Assembly (NCBI GenBank): GCA_009602725.1
Contig: WELB01000028.1
Coordinates: 166,598-230,597 of the forward strand
Direction of reading: 5' to 3'
Source of the DNA: Spirogloea muscicola
Lineage: Eukaryota
Length of the DNA stretch: 64,000 bases
The notes below the pieces were generated by a model. It saw only the letters and a list, made by a program, of their open reading frames with translations, was not told where the DNA came from and did no database searches. Shown piece after piece: positions 34,247 through 47,978 of the stretch. How positions within the stretch are numbered: the first letter of the stretch is position 1; every line of letters starts with the position of its first letter. The translations under genes and the position numbers were made by a program.

Positions 34247-37200
34247 CTATGTTGGCTGGCTGTCGTTCAGACTGAGAGCAGCCAGCTGATCGACTGCCCC
34301 TCCCTGAGCCATTCGGAGGACTTCCATAGCTTCATTGACCTTGCTCTTGAGGGCATCAGGCGACTCAATCAGGTGCAAAACTTCAGTCTGATCCATCTCC
34401 AGGAGCATTCCAGTGACCTTTCCAGCGTGCTCATGCTCCAGCTGGTCAACAAGCGGATAGAGCTGCTCTCCCAACATCTGCACATGGACAAAATGGACCT
34501 GGACAGCTTAAAATCCCATCTTACTATGTCAGTGATTATTGAAGTCCATCAACTCTCATGAGGAACTTGGCCACAATGCTCAATGTCAACAGCTAAAATC
34601 TACTGTATACTGCTCACTGCAAAATGTGGCCAACAGCACCTGAAGTACTGACAAGAACTCTCATCATCTATGTTTGTTCAGACAAAGACCAGTTGGAAAG
34701 AAGCAAGGAAAGAGAAGAACGTGCAAGTACCGCGCGTTGCTGCTCCGGTGGAGCTGAAGCAAGAGCGGATGCCAGAGCGCTAATGGGCACAAGCTCCTGG
34801 CCAGCCAAGTCTAATGGCACGGGCAGCAGAACACCTCCTGGTATGCCCTGATTGGCAACAAGCCCGTCTTGACCATTGCGCCCAGCTGGTCCATATCGCA
34901 TCTGTCCCTGGCTCTGGCGACGGGTCAACATCTGCAATGCATAGAGGTAGAGGGATGCGTGAAGAGTCGAAGCAGCAGCCTCAACAGCTGCAACTTGCTG
35001 CTACAGTATCTTGCAGCATATTGTAAAATGAGGCTAAGAAGTAATCTGCTGCAAGGACCAACTCCTGCTGTCATTGTTGGGCATAATGCAAGCAACTGCC
35101 ACATGGTAGAAGTGGAGGGTCGTTTCAAGTGACAAGATACCTGCTGCTGGGGCTGGCCGGGCTGGGGCTGTTGCTGCTGCTGCTGCTGAGGGTTGGCACC
35201 TCGTCGACCTCCCATTCGTTGATTCTGCTGATTCTGGCGAGGGACGACCGGCACGTAGAAGTTTGGCATCTGCGTGCCACCAGGGCGCATTGCTCCCAGC
35301 ATCTGCTGCTGATAGCCAAAGTTTGCAGGCTGCAGAGCAGGTGAAGGGAAGTCAGACCAAAGTCCAGTAGCTGGAAGAAGCCGTTTTCTTTTAGCAACCA
35401 AGTAGTAAGCAGCTTCCCACAAACGGCTGCATTGCACTATGATGTGCTTAATTGAAAGACTCAGAGTCTCAAAGTATTCCCCACTATGACATGCTTTGCA
35501 TTACCTGTGGTGGAATCAGGCCAGGGGGGGGCTGCCCATAGAAGATCTGCTGGCCCATCCCAGGGGCTGCAGGATGGTACATAGGCATGTTGCCTGGAAC
35601 CCCTGCACTGACTCCCATTGGAGTAAGCCCTCTTGGCACACTAAACTGAGCCTGTAAAGTGACATGAGTGACAGAGTAAATGAGTCAGCCTCAGAAGGAT
35701 ATTGTGGTGATGATGGTTTGATAAGGCACACCACTTAGAGATAAAGAACAAGACTTGTCTCAGACCGTGAACACATACAAGCTGAACTGCAACTATGGCT
35801 TCGATGGGCACAACAATAGAGATCTCCTACCTGTAAACGTTGCCTCCTATCCTCCTTCCTCTGTGCTAGAGCAACATAAAGTGGCTTCGAACCCACCATC
35901 TTTCCATTCATCTCGGTGACCTGCAGCACTGAAACTGCCTGAGACTCTACACAAGTGAAAGTACTCATAGGCTCAAAGAGTACAATATGCTGTGACAGGT
36001 GAGGAGGATAAAGTGAACCCGTTCACAATAAACATCAGCAGAACCCTTTGCAAAGACAAGGTGGTCAAGATGCATAGATGCAACTGCTGTGATACTTACA
36101 GCTCGTGTGGCTTCCTCTGGGGTCGCAAATGCAACAAAGCCAGAGCCTCGACTCGTGCCAGAAGGGTCCCTCATGATCTGCAGAAGACAGATGAGCCTAT
36201 CAGGTGCTGCTTCCCAGGTCACAATAGAACAGCAATATAACATGCAACAGCTTCATACAACAAAGCAGCAAGTAAACCTGACTTGCATAGACACTTAGCG
36301 TCTGAGAACCAACAAATTAGGTTTCTGAGTTGATAGAGAATTGACCTTGCATGAAGTGATGGTCCCAAACTCAGCAAAAAGCTCGCGCAATTTCTCATCA
36401 TCCATGCTGTCTTCAAGATTCTTGAGGTAAAGATTGACTCCTTGATACTTCTCCACCCTCTCCTTTCTGTCCTGCTCGAATTTCTGCCGAAGCTCCTGCT
36501 CCCTCTCACCTTTCTTCTGAGCTCTTCCCACATACCACTCCTTGTCATCGAATTTTTGCCCATTCAAGCCCTTTACAGCCTTCGCAGCATCATCCGCGTG
36601 CTCGAAATTAACAAAGCCAAAGCCCTTGCTCTTTCCGTCTGGATCCTTCATAACAACGGCGCTGCTAATGGGCCCATACGCCGAGAAAGTGGTCTTGAGA
36701 TCGTCATCAGTGGTACTATCACCAAGGTTCTTGACGTACACATTACTAAAGGTGGCCCCAAGCCCCTGATCCCTCTCCTGGCGCCTCACGAATGGCCCTA
36801 CAAAAACTTGTTTGTCTTCGAGCAGCATGCCATTGACTTTCTCTATGGCATTCTGCGCTGACTCGTCCTGCTCAAACTGCACAAACCCGTACCCCTTGGA
36901 TTGGCCCTGGGCATCCTGGGCCACCTTGCAGGATAGGATGGGACCAAAGGCTTGAAAGGTATCATACAGAGCTTTGTTGTCAATAGTCGTGTCCAGGTTC
37001 TGCCAGTAAGGCAGAGATGAACAATCAGGTGCTAAGCATAACCAGATGTAGTGGCAAGCTGAGAAGATCTCAAGACCTCTGGTAACTGAATGAAACATGC
37101 TGGCATGCTACCACATGCTCAGAAGTCACAGGTACATGTGCCCACCTTGATGAAAATATTGGCAGTGCCGCTTTTGCGAAGGCTGGGGTCCCGATGGGAA

Positions 37201-37833
37201 AACATAATACGAATGGGTTTCCCGTTGATGGGCGTGAAGTTGAGCAGCTCCATAGCCCTTCCAGCTGCAAACACATGCGGCAGCTCAGAGTACGACCATC
37301 TGGGCCCTAGCAACATCACTGCCTACAGAAGATGGCAAGCTTGGGACCATCATATGACTCCCCTGCACGAGGCAGAGCCGAGCCTCGTGACAGCAAGCGG
37401 CGCAACTTGCAAAGCAAAGGCAACCAAAGGCAGAACCCAAAGCAGGGAGACACTTTCCCTGCTGTAGCTAGGCCTTTGCTGAGGTGCCCGTTCCACGCAC
37501 TTCAACCTACATGTTGCTGAAATCCGACAGGGCCATCCCGACTGACTGCGATGCGCAGTCCGTGGCGTTGCCTGCACACCAGTGGCCAGTGCTCACCGTC
37601 CTGCGCGCTGTTGTAGTTGACGTAGGAGTAGCCCAGGGACCTCCGCGTCACCAGGTCGCGGCAGACGCGGATGGACACGACCGGCCCGACCTGGCTGAAT
37701 ATCTCGTACAGCTGCGCCTCGGACACGTTCGCCTCCAGATCCCCGACGTACAGCGAGGTGCTCGAGTGCTGCTGCCCGGGACCGCTGCCGGCGACGCCTC
37801 CGCCAAGCTGCCCGCCCTGCTGCACGGGGCCGC

Positions 37834-37885
<52 letters not shown>

Positions 37886-37900
37886 AGCAACGTGCGCCAT
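34247..37900 (-). CDS. PABP: cytoplasmic poly(A)-binding protein (4 RRMs + MLLE)
   Basis: SLYVGDLE...[43 protein letters not shown], and [10 protein letters not shown]...[12 protein letters not shown]. Confidence 0.98.
37835..37885 (-). repeat. (CAG)17 encoding an N-terminal polyQ in PABP
   Basis: Pure CTG run on the plus strand. Confidence 0.95.
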
Positions 37901-38726
37901 CTCGACTCAAAGTCCTGCGCGCGCCCTGGATCGTCCTTCTGCAGCCCTGTTTTCTCTGTTTTTGTGGCTTTTTTTGATTTTTTGGATGTGGTGGCAGCTC
38001 CGAGCCTGCGCGCCGCCTCGCAAAGCGCTACCGCGCACACGAGCCGAGTGGGAAAGCCGGCGCACCGCCGACGCCGGCGGCGGCGGCGGCGGCAGTGGCG
38101 GCGGCGGCGGCGGCGGCGGCGCTAGGGCGGGAGGGGCCGGGGGGTTGTGGTGGTCGAGGGGCGACAGCCGAGGCGGTCGCCGGGGAGGGCTTATGTCCTC
38201 CCCCCGGGCCCCGCGGAGGCGCCGGCCCGACCGTCCGATTGCACCTTCCCCCGTACGATCGTCGCCGCGTGGCGAGCCGGAGGAGGAGGCTATTTCCGGC
38301 CATCTCTGACGGCCACCCCCCCCCTAACGGCGGGGGGCACGGCAGCCATGCAAGCTTAAACCCCGAACCCCTGCAGGCGAGTCTAGCCCTCCTCCATGCC
38401 CCAAGGGTTTAAGCCCCAGCCGAAGCTGCAGGCCGTCGCGGTGTAAGCAGACGGAAAAGCCTTCAGGCTGCGGGCTCAATTGTGGCTCATCGAGAGATAG
38501 TACAACGGGAGACGGACGCTCCAAGCTGCCGCTGCTGCCAGTGGGCGTGCCTGCGTAGCCGCCGTCTCCTCCTCGTCCGGGATGTACACAGAGCTCAGCG
38601 TCCGGCAGCATCCCAGTCGTGAGGGCAGAGGCTCTCCCGTGCCGTCGTCACTCGCTTCAAGCGCAGTGCCAGGCCTCGCTCGCCCTCCGCTTGCGGCGTC
38701 CGTGTGACTGGGAAGCTGCGGCGCCA

Positions 38727-41591
38727 ATGAGGGAGGTGGTGACGCTCCAGGTGGGCAGCTACGCCAACTACATCGGCGCCCACTTCTGGAACTTCCAGGT
38801 ACGCCCAGCGGTAGACGCGCCTCGGACGCCGCTGAGTCTCACACTGAGGCCGTCGTATCAAGCTTGGCTGACGTTAACTGGTCGTGGGGATGGGACAGGA
38901 CGAGCTTCTCGGACGGGAAAGCTCGCCAGACAATGGGGAGGTCGTCAACGACATCGACTCAGGAGTTCTGTACAGGGTCGGCGAGACATCACGAGTAAGC
39001 ATACGCCAATGCACAATGGCCAGCCTTCACTTGGCCTTCTGCTTCTGAACGACACCTTAAATTGAGCTGTGTTGATAGTGCTGGCCGCTCATCTGCCCAC
39101 TGTATAAGCTGATGATCTGCGGTGTGATGCACTAGAAAAGGGGGAAGCTACGTACACACCACGACTCTTGCTCTTTGACCTCCGTGGTGAGCATCCTGAG
39201 TGTGAACCCTGCAGGATCAATCAACACACTGTGCGCCCCTATCGCAAAATTAATCAAACTGCGTCGATCTCGCTGTAGAGGCTCTGCTGCCACAGGTCAA
39301 CATAGACCAGAAGACAGCTAGCAGCAAGGCAAGTGATTATTGGGCACAGTAGATGGCAAAAAGTGCCAACTCAGCTGTCGCGTGTCAGGCAGCCTTGGCT
39401 CTGTACGGGCAGCTGGATCACTATATGGCGCAGCACCTGCAGCCAACCTGTCCTCCATCCGAACATGGTAAGATCATGCTCTGCAGCTTCCGTCAGGGCA
39501 TCTTTGAGCACTTTCTCTTGTCGCTCCATTACTACGACTTGCTTGTATATACAATGTTTGGATTCTTGTTGTGGATGGATGGATCCTGATTGCAGAAGTA
39601 CGAGGGATGTGCTTCAGGGGAGGCGCGAAAGCTGTGTACAAATCAGAGCCTGTCGAGAGAAGTCTGTACCTGCAAAGCCTCGACAATGAAGAGGACAATG
39701 GTAGTGGACAGAGCAGCAACATGGAAGGGGAAAGGCTATCTGATAGGCCAGCAAGCACTGGGATGTCACCCACAGCGGGATTGGAGAGCGAGGAGCGCAG
39801 CATTGTAAAGGGCCTGAATGACAATGTGAATTACTGGACAGACTACCTTAAGGTGCACCTGCACCCTCGCAGTGTCGTAGAATTTGGTGGGGCCTGGCAA
39901 GGTGATCCACTCAGCTATGGGGCTGGCAGGGGTCTGCTCGACTCTGGTGAAAGCATGGAGGAGGTCCTTGACAGGTTGCGATTCTTTGTGGAGGAATGCG
40001 ACCACCTGCAGGGCTTTCAGTGCATCCTAGATTGTACAGGCATTTTCACAGCACCAGCCGAGAAACTCCTGACAGTGATAGAGGACGAGTACCAGACAGT
40101 TCCCCGCCTTTCATTTGCGGCCAAGCCGCCAGCGGCGCAGCTGAAGAACATGCGGGCCTCGAGGTCACCTGCAGAGGAGCTGACTGCCAGCATCACATTC
40201 TGCGGCTTGTCACACTTAAGCCACCTTTTTGCACCCATGGACCTTTCTTGCATTGGCAGAGGTAAGCGATGTAACAAACCAACCTCATCACCTGCACAGG
40301 AGGCGCATAGAGGCTGTTGAGGTCTGGCTGTGTACATCTGCATGCATGTAGTAGGCCTGTACTGGCATGCACCTACAATGGCCATGATATACAAATTTGG
40401 TTTTACCATGCGTCTGCAGGTACCCGTTTCCCGTATCTTCTAGTCAATGACAACAAGCCTTATGAGAGCAGCGCAGTGTACGCTAGTGCAATAGAGACGA
40501 TGACGACTTCGTACAGGCTTCAGGCATCAGATAGAGGCAACCAGGGTCAAGTCCCTTTTGGAGCTGATAAGATGAGCAGCCTGGTCAATAAGTTGGCTAC
40601 ACAGCCATCAGCCAACATTGGAGGGGCTTATGCTGCCATCCCTGCACCCCCTGTCTCGACTGATGCTGGTATGTGTGAGTCACTAAATCTCAGTAACACC
40701 TCTGCTTCTGGATGCAGCCTCGTGCTGTTGTTGTTGAGCTCTTTAGATTTTGAGGCATCTTCCTGACAATTGCTTAAGTCAAGAGCCGTAGTCTGTCCAC
40801 GCTGCCTGTGCTCACCATAGTAGGACTGATGTGGAAAAACCCCACCTATGCTTAATCGCAGGCTCTGGCAGATTGACCATGGCCTTGGATCAGCTAGTAC
40901 CATTAGGTGATGGCCTCTGTGACTGGCCACCCAGTAGCTCACTCGCACAAAGTCTAGTTGTTCGGGGTGCAAGATTGGCAGGTGAGGCCTTGTCTTGTTT
41001 CGGTCAAAGTGGGCTTCACTGCTTCATTCGTCCTTCTTGAGTGGCAGATTTGCTGGTCAAGGGTGAAGCGCTGGCATCTCAATAGCATGCCATGTAATTG
41101 CTGCTCTCTTTTCTATCATCAATGCTCATTACCATGTGATGGTCTTTCTTTGTGTTATAGGTGCAAGAAGGGCAGCCCTTGTCCCACAAGCCTATGGGGC
41201 ACTACAAGCCAGTCTTTCTGGCCACTCCGTATGGCACGTGACTGTATCGCGGCAGCCCTTACCAATTCCGCTACCGTTCTCATCAATCTTTGCAACAACT
41301 GTGAGCAGTCATGGGGATGTTGTTAGGCAAGGTGGGCCAACTGCTGGGCAAGCTAAAGGAGGACTTGAGGTCCTTTCGCTTCCTGCATTGACCTGCATGA
41401 GCTCAGGCTTGGAGGTCATGCCAATCATCAAGAGGAGGTTGGAACCACTGGAGAAGTACGTATCCAGTAGGGCTGCACCTGGCATGTCAGTCGTCCGCAC
41501 TTGGGGACTTGAAGGAAGTGACGTTGAGGAGATGAGAGAGCGTTTGAAAAGCATGCTGCACGCTTATCATCACGATTCATCTGATGAATAG
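38727..41591 (+). CDS. DML1: Misato/DML1 tubulin-like protein
   Basis: MREVVTLQVGSYANYIGAHFWNFQ, TYTPRLLLFDL, YWTDYLKVHLHP, DRLRFFVEECDHLQGFQ and QPLPIPLPFSSIF. Stop at 41591. Confidence 0.93.
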
Positions 41592-41774
41592 ATCAACTGG
41601 CATGTGAATAATTGCATGTAGTGTTTTGGCACAACAGTATTGCGAGGCTACTTGTCCGAGCCGCGTGCCAGAGTGTTGGCTCCAAGGTAGCTTTGTGGGC
41701 ACATCAATCGATGGCATGCCTGCGCAGTGAGCTTGAACAGGAATCAACTCTCACAGAAGGAGGCCGTGGCTGGA

Positions 41775-42996
41775 AAGAAACTAGGCTCACTTTAAGGGGG
41801 CGAGGTTTGGAAAAGCCAGCTCGAAGACAATTGACAAGGTCTGTAAGGGGCCGGAAACTGCTAAGACACACGATTAAGCAAGTACCACGAAGGATGGTCA
41901 CATAGTAAGCCCTAGTAAGCAGCCATAAGTCAAAAAGACAGCGACCGCAACGTTGTCCCCATAGCCAGAGGCGGGAAAAGCCAGATGCTGGGCAAGAAGT
42001 AGGCTCTACCAAAGGGGGCGAGATCTGTGAAGAGCCAACCCAGAAAGAATGGACAAAGCCGAGTGAATAGGCGCTGTCTACCTCATCGCCTAAATGCAAA
42101 TCAGTCAGCGAAACCAGAGGTCACCGCAATCAGCCACCTGTATGCTTGGTGTCCTTGAGGAAGAAGTGAGCTCTTTCAAAGGCGAGGGCTTTGAAAAGCC
42201 AGCCCGAAAACAAGAGAAGGTCAGGCCAATATTCTGATACACTACTTAAGCAAGTGTATGTACCATGTAGATAGTCACTAAGTAATCTCTACTTAGCAGC
42301 CGCAAGTCAGACAACGTAGCCGCCGGAAACCAGTCCCCTTGACAAAAGCCAGAGGCGGCAGCTAGAGCGCGGCCAGCACGCAGGCGCAAGGCGTTGGGAA
42401 GCCACCTGCTGCAGTTGGCGTCACGGAGGAACAGCTCTTCCTCACTAGATGACGAAGAAAGAGGTTCACCAATCACTAGAGTTTACTAAGTGATTATTCT
42501 ACCGGGAAGGCTTTGGGAAAGAGAAGGGCTCGCCCATTGAGGATAGGGGCTGGAAAAAGCCAGCCCAAAAAAGAATGAACAAAGGACGAGAAGGGCCCAG
42601 GGGAAGTACGAAGAAAAGGTGGGAAAGCCCTCTATGGCCCCGTTGGACCTTGTCAACTCTTTCCGGGCTGGCTGTTCACAGCCCCCCTTTTGGGAGGGCC
42701 AATTTCTTTCTTTCTTGCAATGTAAGGGAATGGCTGTGAGAGGCCAGCCCAGAAGAATGTAAAAGGGGAATGTACAAGGTCAGAAAGGGCCGGACGGCGC
42801 AAAAAGCACGAAGTGACACTCAGAGACAACATGTGCCCCACCGGACACCGCCCTTCGTCCGGTGCGCTCCGCCCGCGCTCCTTCCGTCATTTCTCATTTC
42901 CCGTATTATGTAGCCTCGTTTAGTTTGCACTTAACTCTGCCTGGACAATGAATTGGGCCTCCCTTTCATTTCATGTGCTCCGCGCGCCTTCTCTCA
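41775..42996. mobile_element. nest 3 of CRE-like 3' fragments, more diverged
   Basis: ALRLRAGRALAAASGFCQG...LSDLRLLSRDY (42277-42400, -). At least six GGGCTGGC-type ends, and a family G end at 42950-42996. Confidence 0.8.
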
Positions 42997-43103
42997 TTCG
43001 AGGCCAGGAATTCCACGTGAGCCAGTGCTGGCCTCGACGGCCGTCGATCTCGAGGAACTTCTGCCAGCCTGGCGGCCTCGTGGCCGTCCGATGAGAAGGC
43101 TGG

Positions 43104-43129
43104 CCAATAAGAGCTCAGTCCCCACGTCA
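43104..43129. promoter_or_regulatory. CCAAT + CCACGTCA (UPRE-like) upstream of calreticulin
   Basis: ccaat-N13-ccacgtca about 530 bp before the ATG. Spacing is not that of a canonical ERSE, and the 8-mer also occurs elsewhere in the window. Confidence 0.3.
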
Positions 43130-43661
43130 CGGCGGCTGCCGGCCGCGGCGCCGCTCCCAGTAGGCATTCCATTGGCCGAGGCCCAGCTCCGCCGCAGGAC
43201 GGCCGTGCGATGCGATGCATCCACGGCCCGCGGTGCCCCCCGGAACGTGGCCGGGTCCCCCCCCCTCCTCGCTCCCGTCCTCTCTCCCCTGTTCTCCATG
43301 GTGGCCATGGTGCCGCCTCTCCTTTTCTCCCTTACGCGTGACTCTTTAACCGGTCACTGGCTGCCCGCTTCCCCATTGTTGGCCATTTCCCCAATAAGAG
43401 CAGACGGCGACAGACGAGCCGGAAGCGGTAGCAAAACCACCCTCCCCTTTCACGATCTGTGACCACCAGACGTCTCGCTGGTGTGTTGTAGCCCTTGTTG
43501 TTGGTAAACGAGCCCAACTACGCCGCAGCAGTGTCGTGCGGTGCGAGGGTGATCGTCTCGACCATCGCCGCCGCCGCCGCCGTCGCCGTCGCCGCCGCCG
43601 TCGCGCTTGCGAGATTGGCTGTGTCCCTGGCTGTGCGGGCGCCGCTGCCGCTGCCGCCGCC

Positions 43662-46600
43662 ATGGCCGCGCGTGCCGTGGCGCTCCTAGCCCTCCTGGCA
43701 GCCGCGTTGGCGGGCTCGGCAGTGGCAGAGGTCTACTTGGAGGAGAAGTTCGACGGTGAGACTGCCGCTCCCGCTGATGCCTTGCCACCAGGCCGCTGAC
43801 GCAGCAATGCCGACACAGTCAAGGATGGCTTCGTGAGGCCTTACATTTTTTGTGGCAAGCGTGTACTACGTCGCAGGTAACCTGCAAGCTAAGCTGGAGT
43901 AAATCATGACCTCTGCCGTTCTCACCGTTCGACGCACTGATCAACTGGTTTTGTGTACGCGCGCTGGCCTTTCCTTTCAGATACATGGGAGAACCGATGG
44001 ACGATCTCCGACTGGAAGAAGAGCTCTGGGGAAGCTGGTGACTGGGTCCACACAGCCGGCAAGTGGTATGGCGACGTGTCGGATAAGGGTGAGGGGCTTC
44101 TCATCCCCCAAATGCAAGAGCTATTCTGCATTTGGCCTTCTGGCCTATTCACCTATCTGGCGCTTGATATGCATTGGACTGACGTAGTTTCTAAGATTTC
44201 TGGACTCTGGATACTTTAAATTGCCTCTGTACCGCTTGAGATCAAACAGGGCTGCAGGATTGGTGGGCTCTGTAGAGATCCGTAGGCCCTGCCTTTGACA
44301 TTACATAGAGTCTCTTGTACAATGGTCTGACTTTTCACAAGGCAGACCTCTCCAGCTTCTCCAACGTTTTCACCACTCACACAGCTTCGTAATGTCTGGT
44401 GCAGGCATTCAAACAACCCCTGACGCTAGATTCTTTGCCATCTCTAGCAAGTTGGACAAACCGTTTGATAACACCGACAAGGATCTTGTCCTGCAATATC
44501 AGATCAAGTGGGAGAAGAAGATTGACTGTGGTGGTGGATATGTGAAGCTTCTGAGTGGAGATGTTGACCAGAAGAAGTTCAGCGGCGATACTGATTATAG
44601 GTCAGTGGGGGTGTGACTATTAGGCAGGATACGCCGTCATTCTTCTCTATCCGCAATCCAATGCTTGCTCTCTGCACTGACTGCAAATTGTGCACACGTG
44701 GCATTCTCACATGGACAATGCCTTAAATGGACTATGCTTACGACGCCTGAGGCTGTTCTTCAGCTTGTTACATTTATCAGCTAGTTGCATACAAGTAAGA
44801 GAACGTTCAAATGGCATTGCAGCATAATGTTCGGCCCTGATGTTTGTGGAGCTTCCACCAAGCGCGTGCATGCCATTATAACCTACAAGGGCAAGAATCT
44901 TCTCATCAAGAAGAACATTGAGTGCGAGACGGACCAACTTTCCCATGTGTATACCTTCATCTTGAGCCCAAACAATACATACCGGATTCTCATCGACAAC
45001 AGTGAGAAAGGAGCTGGCAGCTTGTACGATGACTGGGACTTCCTTGAGCCGAAGCAGATCAAGGACCCCAGCGCGAAGAAGGTCTGCAGACATGGACGCC
45101 AAATTTTCAGCACAGCTCTGCACAGGAATCGTTGTGATGGTTGAGGAAATGCCTGTCAAGTAGTGCTACTGACGAAAGCCAGGCATGAATACAAGGTGAT
45201 GGTGTGCATACTGAAAGGCTAATGTGTCCTGCAGCCCTCTGACTGGGTGGATGATGAATACATTGCCGACCCCGAGGACAAGAAGCCTGAGGTGAGATAA
45301 TCTTGTTCAAACGGTTTTACTTCTGTATGCTCACCATAAGTGGTAAGGCTTGTCAGCAGCCTCCGCATCTTCTGTGAGGAGGATGTTACCCTCTCCAAGT
45401 CAATCCAAAGCTTTGCACCACATGTTCGAGCACAAATAGCCATGGCCTGGCCCAGTTGCCGCTCTTAAGCATTTCTGATGCTCTTTGACCTCCCTGGATC
45501 AGGGTCATGACGACATTCCTGCTGAGATTGTGGACCCTGAGGCTAAGAAGGTACTGTCTGTCCCTGAACTCCATTCAAGAACCACGGGTTTAGGTTATCC
45601 AACTTGAGTGTGCCTCGCTGATGCCTGTAGTCGACCTACTCCTCACGGAAATTAGCCATAGCAGCTGGTGGCGCACTTGTGAGCTGCTATCAAGGTTCAA
45701 TCAAGGTTTGATTTCAAGCGCTAGCTGGAAGATTAGAGGTTCTCTTTTCTTCTGGACAGTAGTACCTGCTTGCTGCCTTGAGTATCTATTTCTCAAATGG
45801 TCACCTATCCTGCTGCCTCAGCCTGAGGATTGGGATGACGAAGACGATGGAGAGTGGGAGGCCCCTCTGACCCCCAACCCGGAATACAAGGGCGAGTGGA
45901 AACCAAAGGTAACTGGGACTTTGCTCAAGCAGGCTGGTTGTAGTCGCGCCTTTCGATGAGCCAAGCGGATCATGAGCTGGCCTCACCTTTGGTTTACCTG
46001 CTGCCAGTAGGAACAAAACCCGGCTTGTCTCCAAGCAGAAGCATCTCATAGCTTGAACACAAATGGCTTACGATACCTGTGTTCCCTTCTGTACAGAAAA
46101 TTAAGAATCCTGAGTACAAGGGCAAATGGTCTGCACCTCTTATTGACAACCCCAGTAAGTTGCGACCATGTAGTTCTTGTGCCAGATCAGCAAGTCGTCA
46201 TGCTGGCCTTCACCAGCAAAATCCTAGGCTGCTTGCGTGCTGTCAGTGGCTCAGCTAAGCAGATTCTTGGATAGGCAATAGGCACCATCCGACTTACACT
46301 GGTATATGTTAGCTTGGCTCTGCAGCATGGAGTGACTACAGATTGTCACCAGGCATCAGCTTGTTGTGTTTCCCCTTTGTACACTATCTCTTGAAGTATA
46401 TAAAACTCACAGTGTGCGTGGGCAGCAGGCCTTGTTGCATGCCCTCTTAGCAGGATTTGCATGATTGAGTGTGCAGATTATTCTGATGATGCGGCTGTTT
46501 ACAAGCTACCTCCGCTTACCTACGTCGGCCTTGAGCTCTGGCAGGTAAGTAGTAACAATAAATCCTTGTACTTACTTCAGCTGCTTGCTTGTAGCATGCA

Positions 46601-47978
46601 TTCCTGACACCAGAAGGTGCAAGGGATTGATTGGTTGCAGTTGTTATTGCATCCAAGCACAGTCGCTTGATGTTCCAGGTCATTTGTCTGGCATCAAGCT
46701 CAGACTTACTATTGCTATCACTTATGAAATCTGACAGAAGCTGACTTGATGCGCGCAGGTAAAGTCAGGCTCCATCTTTGACAACTTCTTGGTCACAGAT
46801 GATGCTGAGTATGCCAAGACGTTTGCAGAGAATACATGGGGCACAGTCAAAGATGTAAGATACAATTCCTACATCAAATACCTGGTATCTGACAGGACAT
46901 GGCAAGTTTGCATGTCTAAGAAGCAGGACTTGTGAACCCTAGCTTATGCAGCCATTGGTGTGTGCAAAGAGTGTACACCGCACAATGGCAGCTATGTCTA
47001 GCGGTGATGAGCGTATTTAGCCCGCATTTGGAGCATCACTGACATTGTGATCTGTTTGTGGGCCAGGCTGAGAAGGCTATGTTCGATGACACAGAAAAGG
47101 AGCGGGAAGCTGCTGAAGAGGTATGTTCGCATTCGTCTGTCCACTAGACATGGCTGCTATTGTGCTGCTAAGGGCTCTTGATTGAAGCTGCTTGATAAGG
47201 TAGTCACAGCTCTGCCTAGGAAGCCGGCAGTCTCACTGCAGTAAGACGGGTGATGCATGTCAACATCTTGATTGCTTAAAAGTTGGCAGCTGGGTTCTAA
47301 CTGCGTTGTTGTTTTTCTTCTTTGCAGGAAGAGCGGAAGAGGAGTGCTCCTCCTGAGGACGACGATGATGAGCCAGTAAGTCATCAACCAGTCTGTCTGG
47401 GTGCTTGTTGGCTTGACTTGCAGTTTAGCCACAGTGCCCATGGTCTGCTGAGTACTGCCCACATAGCCTTGGGAATGCTGCAAAGGGCTTGGGTCAGGGG
47501 ATTAGGATTTAAGGTTAGGGTTTAGACCTAAAGCCTAAAACCCTCGTGCAGTATATGAGACTATGTTCCAGTACAGGAACATAATCTAAGTAGCTAGACA
47601 TCTAGGTATTCTTGACGTAGCTTTCTTCAGATGGACTAGCCACAGGATTGACCTTTTGACATTGCAATGTCTGCAACTGCAGGAGGAATTCCCCGACGAG
47701 GATGATGATGAGCCGCCTCCGGCCGAGGTACGCAGTTGCATCTCTAGCTTTGATTTGCATGAGCAGCGTGACCAGGGGAGACCCTGAGCTTGTCAGTCAG
47801 ACGAGCACTCCTGCCATTTTCCTTGGCTCCACTGCATTACCCCTGATTACGTCTGTATTACACAAACTAGCCTTTGTTATGAGCAAACCCAACTTGCCCG
47901 CACAGAGGTCCTGTTTCATGCAGAACAGTTCTAACTCCCTTCCCTTTTCACTATCAGCAGGGCCATGATGAGCTTTAG
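43662..47978 (+). CDS. CRT: calreticulin
   Basis: Signal peptide [12 protein letters not shown]...[11 protein letters not shown], then [19 protein letters not shown]-domain repeats [15 protein letters not shown], an acidic tail and GHDEL*. Confidence 0.98.
47485..47544. repeat. degenerate telomere-like repeats in inverted arrangement within a calreticulin intron
   Basis: gattaggatttaaggttagggtttag-a-cctaaagcctaaaaccct. Confidence 0.55.
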
